Origin: Scenedesmus sp. PABB004
Taxonomy: Eukaryota
Assembly: GCA_014905635.1 (NCBI GenBank)
Contig: JABVCE010000003.1
Span: 1,426,001 to 1,490,000 of the forward strand
Direction of reading: 5' to 3'
Length of the DNA: 64,000 nt
Position 1 is the first letter of the stretch. Each line of letters begins with the position of its first letter. The translations under genes were made by a program, and so were the position numbers. This document shows, in pieces, positions 36,900-50,422 of the stretch. A model generated the notes under the pieces. It was not told the origin of the DNA. It searched no databases and worked only from the letters and a program-made list of their open reading frames with translations.

Positions 36900-37597
36900 C
36901 CGGCCGGCGCCAGCCGCTGGCCGGCCGCTGACCGGCCGCGCCGGCCGCGCGGCGCCTGATTGATTGCGCCGCCGGCGCTAGGGACAGCTGTGCTAGGAAG
37001 GATGGGATGCTAGCCAGGGTCGCCATCGCTTGCTCACTTGTGTTCGGCCGCGCCGTCGTGCCGCCCTCGGGGGGCGAGTGCGCGCGCGCGCCCCCGCTCG
37101 GCGCCCCGTGGCGGAGCGCGGTGCAGGTGCCGGCAGGTTGTCGTCACACGGCTTAGGGGAGCTGCCAGCGGGTGCTGCAGCTTGGGCAGTAACCCGCTGC
37201 GGCGGTTGCCGCACCCGCTGCGGCGCTGCGCCGCCTCGCTGCACCGCCACCGCCGGCCCGCCCGCGTGGCCCCGGGTGCGCACCTCCGGCGCCGCAGATC
37301 GCCGCGCCTCGCGTCCGCCTCGCCTCCGCGACAGGCGCTGTTTGTGCGCGCCCGCGCGCGCCTCGCGGCGGGGGTGGGCGCCTCAGCCAGCCGGCGAGCA
37401 GACACACGCCCGGTCCGCACGCCGGAGCACCCCGCGCCGCGCCCGGACCACCGCGCGGCCAGCGCCATCTCCGCGCTGCTGGAGCGCCCAGCACTCGCGG
37501 CGGCGGCCCGGCCAGCCCGCGGCGCGGCCCCGGGTGCCGCCCGCGAGGGGCTCGCCGGGCAGCGGGCGCCGGCGCGGCGCCGCGGGCGGCGCGCGGC

Positions 37598-39349
37598 ATG
37601 GCGGCAGAGGCGGCGCGGCAGCGCGCGCTGGCCGACGGCGCGGCATGGCTGAGCAATGTCGGGACCTCGGTGCTCATCGTGTTCGTGAACAAGGTCCTCA
37701 TGGACCCCAAGCGGGGCTATGGCTTCACGTTCGGTGAGGGGGGCGCAGGCGGCCGCGGCAGCGGCGCCCGCGGCGCGGCGGCGCTCGCCCCCGCCGACGG
37801 CCGCGCCGCGCCGCGCACGCCGCAGCGACCACGCTGTGCGCCTTCCACTTCCTCTCGGCCGCGTTCTGCGTGCGCCTGGCGCAGCTGCTGGGCTGGACGC
37901 AGGGCGCGCACCTGCCGTGGCGAGGTGGGTGGGGCGCCGCGCGCCGCGCGCGGTCGGCGCGGGCGGCCGCCGCGGCGGCGCCGGCAGCAGCAGCGCGCCG
38001 ATGCCGACGCCGCGGCGCCTCGCCCGCCGGCGGCGCCGCGCCGCGCAGTGACGCTCTATTTTGCCCTCGTGGCCAACGTGAGCATCGCGAGCCTCAACCT
38101 CAGCCTGCTGGTCAACTCAGTCGGCTTCTATCAGGTGCCTTGATGCAATAGATTGATGGGCCCGGCCGCCCTGCGCGGCGCCCTAGACACAGCACGCGCG
38201 CGCGCGGCGCCGGCCAGTCCGTTGGCAGCAGCAGCGGGGCCGCCGGGGGCGCGCTGGGCGGGGCGCCGGGCCGGCGCGCACGGACGCCGGGGGTCGCCCG
38301 CCCTGGCCGGCCGCAGATCGCCAAGCTGCTGATCATCCCCTTTGTGTGCATGGTGGAGATGGTCTGGATGCGCCGCCGCTTCACGCCGCCGGTGCTGGGG
38401 GCCATCCTGGTCGTGATCCTGGGCGTGGGCATCGTGTGAGCCCGCGTGGCGCGGCGGACGGCCGCCGCCGGCGCCCGCGCGCCCGCCGCCGGCGCCCGCG
38501 CGCCCGCCTGCCTGCGGCGCGCCGGCTCACGCCGCGCCGCGCCGCGCCGCCCAGGACGGTGACGGACGTGACGGTGCAGCCGCGCGGGCTGGTCGTCGCG
38601 GCGGTGAGCGTGGTGTCGAGCGGGATGCAGCAGATACTGTGCGGCACGATCCAGCGCAACCACAAGCTCGCGAGCCACCAGCTGCTGGCCAACACGGCGC
38701 CGGTGCAGGGCGCGGTGCTGCTGGTGCTGGGGCCGTTCATTGACCGCGCGGTCACGGCGGCGTGGGTCAACCGCTACGTGCTCACCGCGCCCGCGGCGGG
38801 CGTGCTCGCGGCGTCGTGCGCGATCAGCGTCGGCGTCAACATCAGCCAGTTCGCCTGCCTCGGGCGCTTCAGCGCCGTCACGTTCCAGGTGCGGCCGGCC
38901 GGCACGCCCCGGGGCGCGCCTGGCGCAGGGCTGGCGGGGCGGGGCCGCGCGCGCGCGCAGGCGGCCCGCCCCGGCACGGCGGCACGCCGCCCTCTCTTCG
39001 CGCGAGCGCCCGGCTGCCCGCCGGCCCGCCCGCCCGCCCGGGCGCGCAGGTGCTGGGCCACACCAAGACGGTGCTCGTGCTGCTCACGAGCTGGGTGGTG
39101 CTGCGCGAGCCGATGAGTGGGCGCAAGGCCGGCGGCATGGCGCTCGCGGTGGCCGGCATGGTGGCCTACGGCTACCTCACCGCCGCCGGCGGCGGCGCGG
39201 CCGCGCCAGCGCGACCCGGCGGCGCCGCCGCCGACAAGGCGGGCGAGGGCGAGGGCCTGCCGCTGCTCTCGCGCCCGGGGAGCAAGAAGCGGCTGACCGC
39301 GCTGCCGTCGGCGGAGTCGCTGACCTCGATAAGCGTCGTCGCGCGGTAG
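37598..39349 (+). CDS. Nucleotide-sugar transporter, TPT/NST family (UDP-rhamnose/UDP-galactose transporter-like)
   Basis: 'WLSNVGTSVLIVFVNKVLM', 'GFTFATTLCAFHF', 'SIASLNLSLLVNSVGFYQIAKLLIIPFVC' and '[29 protein letters not shown]'. Five introns. Confidence 0.92.
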
Positions 39350-39574
39350 CTCGGGCCCTGGCGTGTGACCACGCGACCATGTGATCACGCAGGCGGGCAC
39401 CCAGGTCGCGGCAGCCGAGCTGGGCGAGGCGCGTTGCGGCAACCGCTGCTGCTGCCGCCGCCCGGCGCCCGCCGCTCGCCGGCAGAGCCGCCGCGCTGCG
39501 CCACCAGCGCCGGCTTGCCGTCGGGGGGCTGTCCGTCGCCGTGGGCGAGCGCTTGGCACGACATCGAGCGCGGT

Positions 39575-39645
39575 CTCTAGGGCCTTCTAGTCGCGTGCCC
39601 CTCCGCCTTCTGCTGGCGCGCGAGGCCAGAAAGCTGCCGCTTCGC
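39575..39645 (+). promoter_or_regulatory. Degenerate heat-shock-element-like region upstream of HSP90
   Basis: 'ctctagggccttctagtc' and 'ccagaaagctg' lie 130-195 nt upstream of the HSP90 ATG. Imperfect nGAAn/nTTCn units. Confidence 0.35.
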
Positions 39646-39770
39646 TCCCCCGCGCCACTCCGCGCCGGTCCCACGCGACGTCCCCCGACCCAGGCCGCAC
39701 GCACAGCGCCCGCCGACGCACGCACGCAGCCCGCGCAGCCAGGGGCGCGCCTCGACAGCAGCGCGCCAGA

Positions 39771-42700
39771 ATGGCGGAGCGCGAGGAGTACGCGTTTCAG
39801 GCTGAGATCAACCAGCTTCTGAGCCTCATCATCAACACGTTCTACAGCAACAAGGTGAGGCCCGCGCCCCGCCCGGGGCGCGCGGGCGGGGCGCCTGATG
39901 GCGGGCAGCAGCGGCGCGCCGGCGGCGGGCGTGTGGGCCCCCGGGCACCGCGGCGGGCGCCGCGTTCGGCGGGTCTCCCCCTCGCGGGCGGCCGTGCAAG
40001 GCGCCGGCGCGCCATGCGCGCCGGGCGCGCCGGGGCGGCGGTGGGCGCGCAGCAGCAGCTGCCGCCCACCCGCCCCGCGCGCGTGGCGGCCCGCGCGCCG
40101 CGACCTGCGCACGCCCGGGGTCCGCGCCGCCCTCCGCGCGGGGCGCGGGGCCGGCACGGCGGCCGGTGGGGCCGGGGCGGGCTTGGCGGCAATTCCGCGC
40201 GAAGCTTCCAGCCCGCGCGCGCGCGCTCACGGCCCCCGGCCGCCCCGCGGCGGCGCGCAGGAGATTTTCCTTCGCGAGCTCATCTCGAACGCGAGCGATG
40301 CCATCGACAAGATCCGCTTCCAGAGCCTCACCGACAAGAGCGTGCTGGACGCCCAGCCCGAGCTCTTCATCCACATCATCCCCGACAAGGAGGCGGGCAC
40401 GCTGACCATCCAGGACAGCGGCATCGGCATGACCAAGGCCGACCTGATCAACAACCTCGGCACGATCGCGCGCTCCGGCACGCGCGCGTTCATGGAGGCG
40501 CTGTCCGCCGGCGCCGACATCTCCATGATCGGCCAGTTTGGCGTCGGCTTCTACTCCGCCTACCTCGTGGCCGACCGCGTGACGGTCACGACGCGCAACA
40601 ACGACGACGAGCAGTACACGTGGGAGAGCCAGGCGGGCGGGTCGTTCACGGTCGCGCGCGACACCGACGGCGAGCAGCTCGGCCGCGGCACCAAGATCGT
40701 GCTGCACCTCAAGGAGGACCAGATGGAGTACCTCGAGGAGCGCCGCATCAAGGACCTGGTCAAGAAGCACAGCGAGTTCATCGCGTACCCGATCAGCCTC
40801 TGGACGAGCAAGACCGTCGACAAGGAGGTCTCCGACGACGAGGACGAGGCGCCCGAGGTGCGGCGCGCGGCGCGGCGCGGCGCGGCGCGGCGCGCGGGGC
40901 GGCGGGGGCACGGGCAGCGCGCGCGCGGGGCGGCGCGGGCAGCGGCGCGGGCAGTGCGCAGCGGGGCATGCGACGGCGGCGGCGCGCTGACGCCCCGCCC
41001 CTCCCCGCCCCTGCGCCGCCGCGCCGCGCCGCGCCGCGCGCTGCAGGAGAAGAAGGAGGAGGAGGAGGGCAAGATTGAGGAGGTGGACGAGGCGGAGGAG
41101 GGCAAGGAGAAGAAGAAGAAGACGGTGCGCTGCTGCGGGCGGGCGGCTGGGGGCGGGCGGGCGGCTGGGGGCGCGGGCGGCGTGGGCTGGTGGGCTGGCG
41201 GGTGGCAGGCGCCAGCCCCGCAGCGCAGCGCACGCGCCGGCGCCCAGCGCGCCAACCGCCGCTCACTGCCGCCGCGCGTCCGCCGCCAGGTGAAGGAGGT
41301 GCAGCACGAGTGGTCGCTGCTGAACAAGCAGAAGCCGATCTGGATGCGCGCGCCGGAGGAGGTCACGCGCGAGGAGTATGCCGCATTCTACAAGTCCATC
41401 ACCAACGACTGGGAGGACCACCTCGCGGTCAAGCACTTCAGCGTGGAGGGGCAGCTCGAGTTCAAGTCGATCCTCTTCGCGCCGCGCAGGTGCGTGCGGC
41501 GCGCGCGGCGCGGGCGGCCGGGCCGGCCGCGCGCGGCGCAGGCCGCGCGGACGCGCAGGCGGCGGGCCGGGGGCCTGCGCGCAGTGCCCGCGCGCGGCAC
41601 GCCGCGCGGCTGCGCTGCGCGCTCACCCCGCGCCGCGCCGCCGCCGCCGCTCGCCTCTCGCGTCGCCAGGGCTCCGTTTGACATGTTTGACCAGAAGAAG
41701 AAGCCCAACAACATCAAGCTCTACGTGCGCCGCGTGTTCATCATGGACAACTGCGAGGAGCTCATCCCCGAGTGGCTCAGCTTTGTCAAGGGCATCGTGG
41801 ACAGCGAGGACCTGCCGCTCAACATCAGCCGCGAGATGCTGCAGCAGAACAAGATTCTCAAGGTGCGCCCGCGCGCGGCGCGGCGCGGCGCGGTGGGGGC
41901 TGGGGAGGGGTCGGCGCGGCGCAGCGCAGCGCGGCGCAGCGCGGCGGGCGGCAGCTGCCGGGCGCCGCGCTCACGTGCCCCGCCCCGCCGCCGCGCGCCG
42001 CGCTGCGCCGCGCGCGCCGCGCAGGTCATCCGCAAGAACATCGTCAAGAAGTGCCTCGAGATGTTCACCGAGATGACGGAGAACAAGGACGACTACAACA
42101 AGTTCTACGAGAACTTTGCCAAGAACCTCAAGCTCGGCGTGCACGAGGACGCGGCCAACCGCGCCAAGCTCGCCGACCTGCTGCGCTACCACACGACCAA
42201 GAGCGGCGACGAGGTCACGAGCCTCAAGGACTACGTCACGCGCATGAAGGAGGGCCAGCAGAACATCTACTACATCACCGGTGCGCGCCCGCGCACGCGC
42301 CGCCAGCGCCAGCGCGCGCGGCGGGGCGCGGGGCGCGGGGCGCGGAGCGGGGCGGCGCGCGGGGCGGCGGGGCCAGCGCAGCGGCGGGGCCAGCGCGGAG
42401 GGGGCCGCCGGCCGCCTGCAGCCCGGGCACCCGCGTGGCTGGAAGCCCGCGCTCGACATGCCTGTCGCGCACCGGCTTCCCGCCGCGCGGCTGGCCGGGC
42501 TGCAGGCCGCCGGCGCGCCCGCGCGGCGGCGGCGGCGGCGGCAGCCTCTGCCCGGCCGCGCCCACCCCGCGCCCGCACCCCGCGCCGCGCTCACCCCGCC
42601 CCGCGCTCGCGCCGCCGCCGCGCCGCCGCCGCGCAGGCGAGTCGCGCAAGGCGGTTGAGAACAGCCCCTTCCTGGAGAAGCTCAAGCGCAAGGGCTTTGA

Positions 42701-43566
42701 GGTGATCTTCATGGTCGACCCCATCGACGAGTACGCGGTGCAGCAGCTCAAGGAGTACGACGGCAAGAAGCTCGTCTCCTGCACCAAGGAGGGCCTCAGC
42801 TTCGAGGAGACGGACGAGGAGAAGAAGGAGAAGGAGGAGCTCGCCGCCAAGTTTGAGCCGCTCTGCAAGTGCGTGCGCCGGCGCGCGGGCTGGGCGCGCC
42901 GCGCGGGGCGGGGGCCGAGGCTGGGCGCGCGCTCCGCGCGCGGCGCGGCGCGCCGGCTCGGCCCCCGCCCGCGCCTGCGCGCGCGCGCGCCGCTTGCCGC
43001 CGCGCCCTCATCCTGAACCCCCTGCCTCCCTAACCCCTGAACACCGCCGCCGCCGCCCCGCCCCGCCCCGTGTGCGCGTGCGTGCGGTCAGGCTGATGAA
43101 GGACATCCTGGGCGACAAGGTCGAGAAGGTCGTGGTCGGCGACCGCATCGTCGACTCGCCGTGCGTGCTCGTGACGGGCGAGTACGGGTGGAGCGCCAAC
43201 ATGGAGCGCATCATGAAGGCGCAGGCGCTGCGCGACAACACGATGAGCGCCTACATGTCGAGCAAGAAGACGCTTGAGATCAACCCCGCCAACCCGATCA
43301 TGGGCGAGCTGCGCGCGCGCGCCGAGGCGGACAAGGGCGACAAGACGGTCAAGGACCTCGTGCTGCTCATGTTTGACACCGCGCTGCTGAGCAGCGGGTT
43401 CAGCCTCGACGACCCCGCCACGTTTGCGACGCGCATCTACCGCATGATCAAGCTCGGCCTCAGCATCGACGAGGACGACGAGCCCGCGGGCGACGGCGAG
43501 GCCGACGACCTGCCGCCGCTCGAGGAGGGCGGCGACGAGGGCAGCCGCATGGAGGAGGTCGACTAA
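39771..43566 (+). CDS. HSP90: Cytosolic heat shock protein 90
   Basis: '[34 protein letters not shown]', '[15 protein letters not shown]', '[10 protein letters not shown]' and C-terminal MEEVD. Seven GT-AG introns. Confidence 0.99.
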
Positions 43567-43892
43567 GCGCGCGCGCTGTGCGCTGTGCGCTGTGCGCGCG
43601 CCGCGCCGCCGCGGCGGGGGCGGGAAGGCGGGCGGGCGGGGGCGGGGGTCGGCACGGGCCGGGGCGGCGGGCGGCAGGAGGGCAGGAGGGCGGGGGCGCG
43701 GAGCTCCGCGCGCGCCTGGTTTGTTGTACAGACAGGAGAGAGGGCGGCGGGGCCTGCGCGCGCGCATGCGTGCGGGCGCGTTTTGTGCGTGGCGGCTCGG
43801 CTCGGGCGGGCGCGCGCAGCGCGGCGGGCGCGCTGCCGCCGGCGCACGGTGCCGCACAGGCACCGCAGGGCGCCGCGCCCGCAGCGGCCTGG

Positions 43893-43897
43893 TGTAA
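43893..43897 (+). promoter_or_regulatory. TGTAA poly(A) signal of HSP90
   Basis: TGTAA about 330 nt downstream of the HSP90 stop. Confidence 0.65.
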
Positions 43898-44297
43898 CCC
43901 AGGCGCTGCCTTCGCAACGGTCCCACCACGCCGCGCGTCAGGCGAGGGCGGTTCAACGTCTCGCGCGCGCTCTAAACGCCGCCGCGCCACGCCGCCGCAC
44001 GCTGGCCCGCTCTCTCCGCGCATCGGCCCAACCCGGCAGCAGCACGGCTGACGACCGCGCGGGTTGCCGGCAGGGCCAGCGCCGCGCCCCTGCCGTCCAG
44101 CGGCCACGCACGCGCGCCCAGACGTCTTGATTCAAACTTCTTGGCGAACGGTCGTGCCGGCGCGCCGCGGGACGCGTGCGTGGCGCAGGTGGGCGCGCAG
44201 CAGCAGCTCGCCCTCGCCGGCCCCTCCCCGCCTCGCCGCTCGTCGCCGTGCGCCGCGGCCGCGCCCAGGGTGCCCCGCCGCACCCCGCCGCCAGGCC

Positions 44298-46012
44298 ATG
44301 GACTCGCAGCCGAGCCAGGCGGGCGGCGCGGAGGCGCCGGCGCCGACCGAGGGCACCGAGCTGCCGCGCGCGAGCCAGGTGGACTGGCAGGCCCTGCTGC
44401 CGGACGACGGCCTGGAGGACGAGCTCGCCGCGGCGGAGGCCATGCTCGCCGCGGCGCCGCCGAGCCAGGCCACGGCGGCGCAGCCGGGCGCGACCGGCGT
44501 CGCGAGCAACGCCGCCGGCGGCAGCAGCGACGCCGGCGCCCGCCCAGCGGCGCGCAGCGAGGCCGGCGGCGAGCTCAGCGTGCTGCAGGCCGGGCCGCGG
44601 CACCATGACGGCGGCGGCGGCGCGCCGCCGGCGCCGGCGTCGGGCACGCTCGGCGGCACCGACGGCTCCGCGCTCGACGGCGCCGCCTTGCTGCACCCTG
44701 GCCTCTACATCCTGGATGGCAGCATCGAGGATGAGCTCATTGCCGAGGCGGAGGCGCTCGCGGGTGCGCCGGCGGCCGCCGCGAGCCAGCCCAGCAGCGC
44801 GCAGGCGACGGCGCGCGGCACGGGCGGCGGCCCGGCGCCGGGGCCGCGGCAGGGCCCGCCGCCGGCGGCGGCGCGATGGAGTGGGAGCCGTTTGACGAGG
44901 ACGAGGCGCTGGAGGAGTGGCAGGCGCTGTCGGAGCAGCAGGCGGCGTGGCAGGAGTCTGCCCCGGCGCGCCCCCGCGCGCCCGCAGCGCCCGCCGCGCC
45001 CGGCCGCGGCGGCGGCGGCGGCGGCGGGTGGGGCGAGGACGACGACTTTGATGACCTGCTGGCGGAGGCGCAGGCGGCGTACGGCGGCGGCGGCCAGCAG
45101 GCGGCGTCGCAGGGCGTCGCGGACCTGGACGCCGAGCTGGACGCGCTCGACGGCACGGGCGCCTCCTGCGGCGCGGCCGCGCGCGGCCGCGCGCCCTGCG
45201 GCGGCGCCGAGGGCGCTGAGATGGACTTTGGCGATGAGCTGGACGGCCTGTTCGCGCAGCAGGGTGCGCGCTCGACGACCCCCCGGCCCCCAGCGCCGCC
45301 TGCAGCGCGCAGGCTGCGTTGGGCTTCCTCGCAGCTCGCCCGCGGGGCGTGCTCCGCTGACGCGCGTCGCCCTGCTTGCCCGCCGCAGACGCGAGCGCCG
45401 ACGGCGGCGAGCGCGCCGACGCCGCGCCGCAGCAGACCACCCTCAAGCCCGCCACGCTTGCGTCGCTCGGGGGCGGCCTCGCCGGCGCCGACTGCGGCGC
45501 GGCGCGGCTTGCGGCGCTCGAGGCGGCCGCGGTGCGGCCGCGTGCGGCGGTGAACGAGCTGCTGGGCCCCGCGCTGACCGTGACGGACAGCGGCGGCGCG
45601 CGCGTCTACTGCGCGCTGTCGACAGCGCGCCCGCGCGGCGAGGGCGGCGCGCCGCGCGCCGGCGCCGCGGCCGAGGCGCTCGCGGCGGCGGCGGGCGCGC
45701 CGCGCCCTGGCGCCGGCGGCGGCCTGGGGCTGCTGGGCCAGTCGATCGAGGCGCTGCTGGACGAGCTGGCGGAGCGGCGGCGGCAGGTGACCCGCTGCCG
45801 CGAGCGCACGCGGGGGCCCGGCCGCCCGAGGGCCCGGCCGCCCGCCGGCGGGGCCTCCCTCTCACCACGCCCGCCGCCCGCCGGCGCCGGCGCCGCCCGC
45901 AGGAGGTGTTGGCGGAGTATGAGGCGGCCCAGGCGCTGGCGGACGAGGTCGCGGCGCTCGCGGCGGCCGGCGGCGCCGACGGCGACGCGGGCGGCGGCGC
46001 GGCGGGGCGCAG

Positions 46013-46044
<32 letters not shown>

Positions 46045-46258
46045 GGCAGGCCGCGGCGCCGGCGCAGCGGCAGCTCTGGGTCGACAAGTACGCGCCGCGC
46101 AGCTTCCTGGCGCTGCTGTCGGAGCCGCGCATCAACCGGGAGATTGCCACGTGGGTGTCGCGCTGGGGGCGGCAGCGCGCCGGCGGCGGCGCCGGCGCGG
46201 CGGCCGCGCAGCACGGCGCGGCCGGCCCGTGGCGCGGCGACCGCCAGCAGCAGCAGCC

Positions 46259-46293
<35 letters not shown>

Positions 46294-49200
46294 GCCAGCA
46301 GCGGCAGCAGCAGCACCGCGAGGGCGGCGGCGGCGGCGGGCGCGGCGCGCCCGACGGCGGCCGCGGCGGCCGCGGCGGCGGCAGGGACGGCGGCCGCTTC
46401 GGCCGCGGCGGCGGCCGCGGCGAGGGCGGCGGCCGCGGCGAGGGCGGCGGCGGCGCCGCGCCGCTCCAGCGGGGCTTTGACCTCGCACGCTACCAGGCCG
46501 CGCAGGCGGCGCGTGCGGCGGCCAAGATCCTGCTCATCGTGGGGCCGCCAGGTGCGTTCAACGGCGGGACCCCGGCGCGGCCTGGGCGCGGGCGTGGGCC
46601 CGCGCCGGCGCGCGCGCGCGCGCCGACGCCGGCGCCGCCGCCGGCGCCGGCGCCGCGCAGGCACGGGCAAGACCACGCTCGCGCACGTCGTCGCGGCGCA
46701 CTGCGGCTTCCGGGCGGTCGAGATCAACGCCAGCGACGAGCGCACCGCGGCGAGCCTCACGCGGCGCATCACAGACGCGGCGCAGATGCAGCCCGTGCTC
46801 GACGGTGCGCCGCACCCGCGCCCGCACCCGCCGCGTCCGCCGCGTCCGCCGCCGCCGGGGCGCCGCCCGGGCGGCGGCCGGGGGGGGGCTGTCCGTCGCT
46901 GCCTCGGGCGGTGCGCCCCGTTTCTCCCTCCCACGCACGCGCACGCGCGCAGGCAAGCGCCGGCCGCCCTGCATCCTGCTGGACGAGCTCGACGGCGCGG
47001 CGGCGGGCAGCGAGGCGCACTCGGCGGTCGCGGCGCTCGTCGCGCTAGTCGCAGGTGCGCCCCGCGCGCCGCCGGCGGCCCCGCCCGCCCCGCCCCGCCT
47101 CGCGCCTCGCGCGGCGCGCGGCCGGCGCCCCGCGCGCCCTCTCCACGCCGCCGCGCGCGCGCGCCCTCCCTGCAGGCGACCCGAAGCAGCGCCGCAAGCG
47201 CGGCGGCGGCGGCTGCGGCGGCGGCGGCGGCGCGGGGCTGGGCGTGCCGGTGATTGCCACCGCCAACGACGCGTACGCGCCCGCGCTGCGCCCGCTGCGC
47301 GACGTGGCGGGCGTGTACACATTTCGCCCGCCCGGCCCCGACAAGCTCCTGGCCCGGCTCGGCACGATCGCCGCGGCGGAGGGCCTCGCCGTCGAGCGCC
47401 AGGTGCGGGGGGCCCGCGGGGGCGGCTGCGGCGTCACGCCGCGCGGGGGCTGCGCTGCACGGCGCAGCGGGACGGCCGCGCGCCGCCGCACGCCGCGCGC
47501 GCGCCACGGCTGGTCGACGCGCCCCGCGGCGCGCGCGCCTGCGGCGCAGGCGCTGTCGCTGCTGGTGGAGCGCAGCGGCTGCGACGTGCGCACCTGCATC
47601 AACACGCTGCAGCTGCTCGCGCGCCGCGCGGCGGGCCGCGCCGCCCCCGGCGCGGGGCGGCGCGGCAGCGGCGTCGGCGCGGCGTCGGCGGGCCCGCGCG
47701 CGGCCATCACCGCCGCCGACGTCGCGGGCAGCGGGGCGCTGGGGCTCAAGGACGTCACGCGCAGCCCGCTGGCCGTGCTGCAAGAGCTGCTCGCGGGGCC
47801 GGGCAAGGCCCTGTCCGCGCGCCTCGCGGCGCTCGCGGGCGCGCCGCCGAGCGGCGGCGGCGGCGGCGGCGCCACGTCCGCGGCGCCCCCGGCGTCGGGC
47901 GTTGCGGCGGCCGCGAACGCGGAGCTGCTGGGGCAGTATGGCATGCTGCTGGACCTGGGGGAGCACGAGCTGGTGCGCCGGCGGGGGCGCTGCGCGGCGC
48001 CCGGCAGCGCGCGTCCCCGCGCGCCCGTGCCGCGCGGCGGCTCCGCCCCTGGCGCCCACACCCCCGCCCGCCCGCCCGCGTGCGGCGCGTCGCGTCGCGC
48101 GCAGGTCCTCGCGGGCCTGCACGAGGCGCTGCCGGCGGCGGTGGGGCTGGACGTCGACCTCGCCAGCACCGCCGCGGCGGTCGGCGCGCTGGCGGACGCC
48201 GACGCGCTGCTCGCGGGCGGCGCGGGCGGGCGGGGCGGTTTTGCCTACGTCCCCGCCTGCCTGCTCGCGGCGGCGCGCGCGGCGCGGCGCGAGGGAGGGC
48301 GGCGCGCTGTCCGGCGGCGCGGTCGGCTGGCCGCGCGCCGGCGCCGAGTGCGCGCGCGTCGCGGCGGCGCAGCGCGGTGTGCTGCGGGGCTGGCGCGCGG
48401 GCGCGCCCGCGGCCGCCGCGCGGCAGCTCGGCGCGTCGCTCGACGCGCTGCTGGACCTCGCGCCCGCGCTGGCGGCCATCAGCCGCCCCGCCGGCGTGCG
48501 CGCGGTCAGCCGGGCGCTGCTGCCGCCGCAGCAGGCCGCGCTGCTGGACCACGTGGTGCGGCGGCGGCGCGGCGGGGGCTTGCCCATGGCACCCGCGGCC
48601 TGCTCCGTGCCCGCGCCCGCACCCACGGGCCTCTGCCGCCTTTGCCGCCGCAGGTCGGCGCGCTGGTGAGCTACGGCCTGACCTACAGCTTTGCCGGCCA
48701 GGACGGCAACGACGACGCCGCGGCGCCGAGCTACGCTGCCGCGCCGGGCGCGCCGCTGCGCCGCCCCGCGCCGCTCAACCCCGGCATCGACGCGCTGCAC
48801 GCCTTCAGCGCGCCGCCCGCCGGCCCCGGCGGCGGCGGCGGCGGCGGCGGCGGCGCGCCCGCCGCGCCCGCGGCGGTCGCGCTGGCGGGCGGCGCGTCGA
48901 GCGCGGGGCACGTGCCGCTGGTCGTGCGGCAGGTCATGGCCCAGATGATCGCCGCCGCCAACATGGCACGCATCGAGCGGGTGCGCGCTCGGCGCGGGCG
49001 GCCCCTCTGCGCAGCGCAGCGCAGCGCGGCGCGACCCGGCGCGGCGCGGCGCGGCCGAAGCCTCGCGCCCACGCGCGCGCCCACGCCCGCACGCGGCCGC
49101 GCCCGCGCAGGCGCGGCACCACGGCGAGCCGCCCTCGCCCAGCGGCCGCGCGGGCGGCGCGGCGCCGGCCGCGCCGGCCGCGCCGGCGGCGCCCCTGCAC

Positions 49201-49479
49201 GTTACCGCGGCCGCCAAGGCGGCCGCGCTGCCCGCGGAGGCGCGCAAGGCGCCGCGCGGCTGCTGGCTCGACGCGCTGAAGGCGCGGTCCGGCCCCAAGC
49301 GCAAGGCGCCGCCCGGCGGCGGCGCCGCCGGCGACGGCGAGGCCGGCGGCGGCAAGCGGGCCGCGCTGGGCCCGGACGGCCGGCCGGGGCCGGGCGGGCA
49401 CTGCGTGCTCTTTGTGTTCAATGAGGGCTACACAAACGCGGTCAAGCGGCCGATGACGATCGACGAGCTCCTGCGCTGA
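44298..49479 (+). CDS. CTF18: Chromosome transmission fidelity protein 18 (alternative RFC large subunit)
   Basis: 'LWVDKYAPRSFLALLS', Walker A '[31 protein letters not shown]', 'CILLDELDG', 'PVIATANDAYAPALRPLR', 'CDVRTCINTLQ' and C-terminal 'FVFNEGYTNAVKRPMTIDELL'. Confidence 0.95.
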
Positions 49480-50008
49480 GCCGAGCGCGGCGTGCGAGGC
49501 GCGGCGGCTGCTGGGCGCGGCGGCTGCTGGGCGCGGCGGGGGCGCGTCTGCTGTTACGATGTGCAACAGCCAGCGTGCGCTTTAATTGCCCAGCGCCCTC
49601 CACCGATTGCGACTCGGCGCCGGCGGCCCGCGGGCCCCGTGCCTTGATTGATAGACCGTCAAACCCGCGCATGGCACGCGCCGCGCGGCTGCCAGCTGGC
49701 CGCCACATGGCCGCCAATGCGGCGGCCCCCTCAGCCCTGGCGCTGCTCTCGCTCACGCCGCCCTCTGGTGGTACACACCGCGCAGCACTCGGAACCCTTC
49801 TTGTGAAAACGCCCCGCCCGCCAGGCCGGCAGGCGCGCGAAGATATGCGCACGCACGCACCCGGGCCGCCGCGTTGGGGCGGCGGGCCCATATTCAAGTC
49901 TGTCAAACCGCGTCGCTCGCCAAAAACCGCCGCGCTGGCTGGCAAGGCGCCAGCCGCGGCGGGGCTGCTGCTTGTTGTACAGGCCGCCGCGCGCCGGGGG
50001 GCGCGGGC

Positions 50009-50422
50009 TTACAGGATGTCGGCCCAGCTGGACGCGCCGAGGCGCTGCTCCTGCTCCGCTTCCAGCGCGCGGTTCTCGGCCAGCCACGCCGCGCGGAGCT
50101 CAGGGTTGGAGGCCGCCTGCGCGGTGAAGCGCGCGGCCGCCGCGGCGGGGTCAAACGCCTCGAGGTCCACCTCCAGTGCGTGCGTGGGCCGTGTGTAGAG
50201 CGTCATCGAGCGCAGCACGGGGCCTGAGTGGCGGCGGTGGCGGCGTGGGCGGCCGGGCGGCCGGCGACGCCCGGCCGCCGGCGCCTGCTTGCAGCCAATT
50301 GCCGCCGCACCAGGGAAGTACTTCGAAGCAGCTCGGGCATGCCGCTCAGCGCCGCTGGCAGCGCCAGCCTGCGCGACGACGACGCGCAGGCCGCGGCCAG
50401 GGCCGGCGAGGCGCGCAGCCAT
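50009..50422 (-). CDS. Small hypothetical protein (about 108 aa if the 87-nt intron 50224-50310 is spliced), possible organelle targeting peptide
   Basis: ATG-to-TAA ORF with a plausible GT-AG intron. The second part 'PVLRSMTLYTRPTHALEVDLEAFDP...WADIL' has coding-like codon use. No family recognised. Confidence 0.55.
   Translation of the reverse strand: MAARLAGPGRGLRVVVAQAGAASGAERHARAASKYFPGAAAIGCKQAPAAGRRRPPGRPRRHRRHSGPVLRSMTLYTRPTHALEVDLEAFDPAAAAARFTAQAASNPELRAAWLAENRALEAEQEQRLGASSWADIL

Noticed and set aside
44764..44852. Apparent frameshift in the CTF18 N-terminus
   Set aside because: Explained by an 89-nt GT-AG intron that restores the frame.
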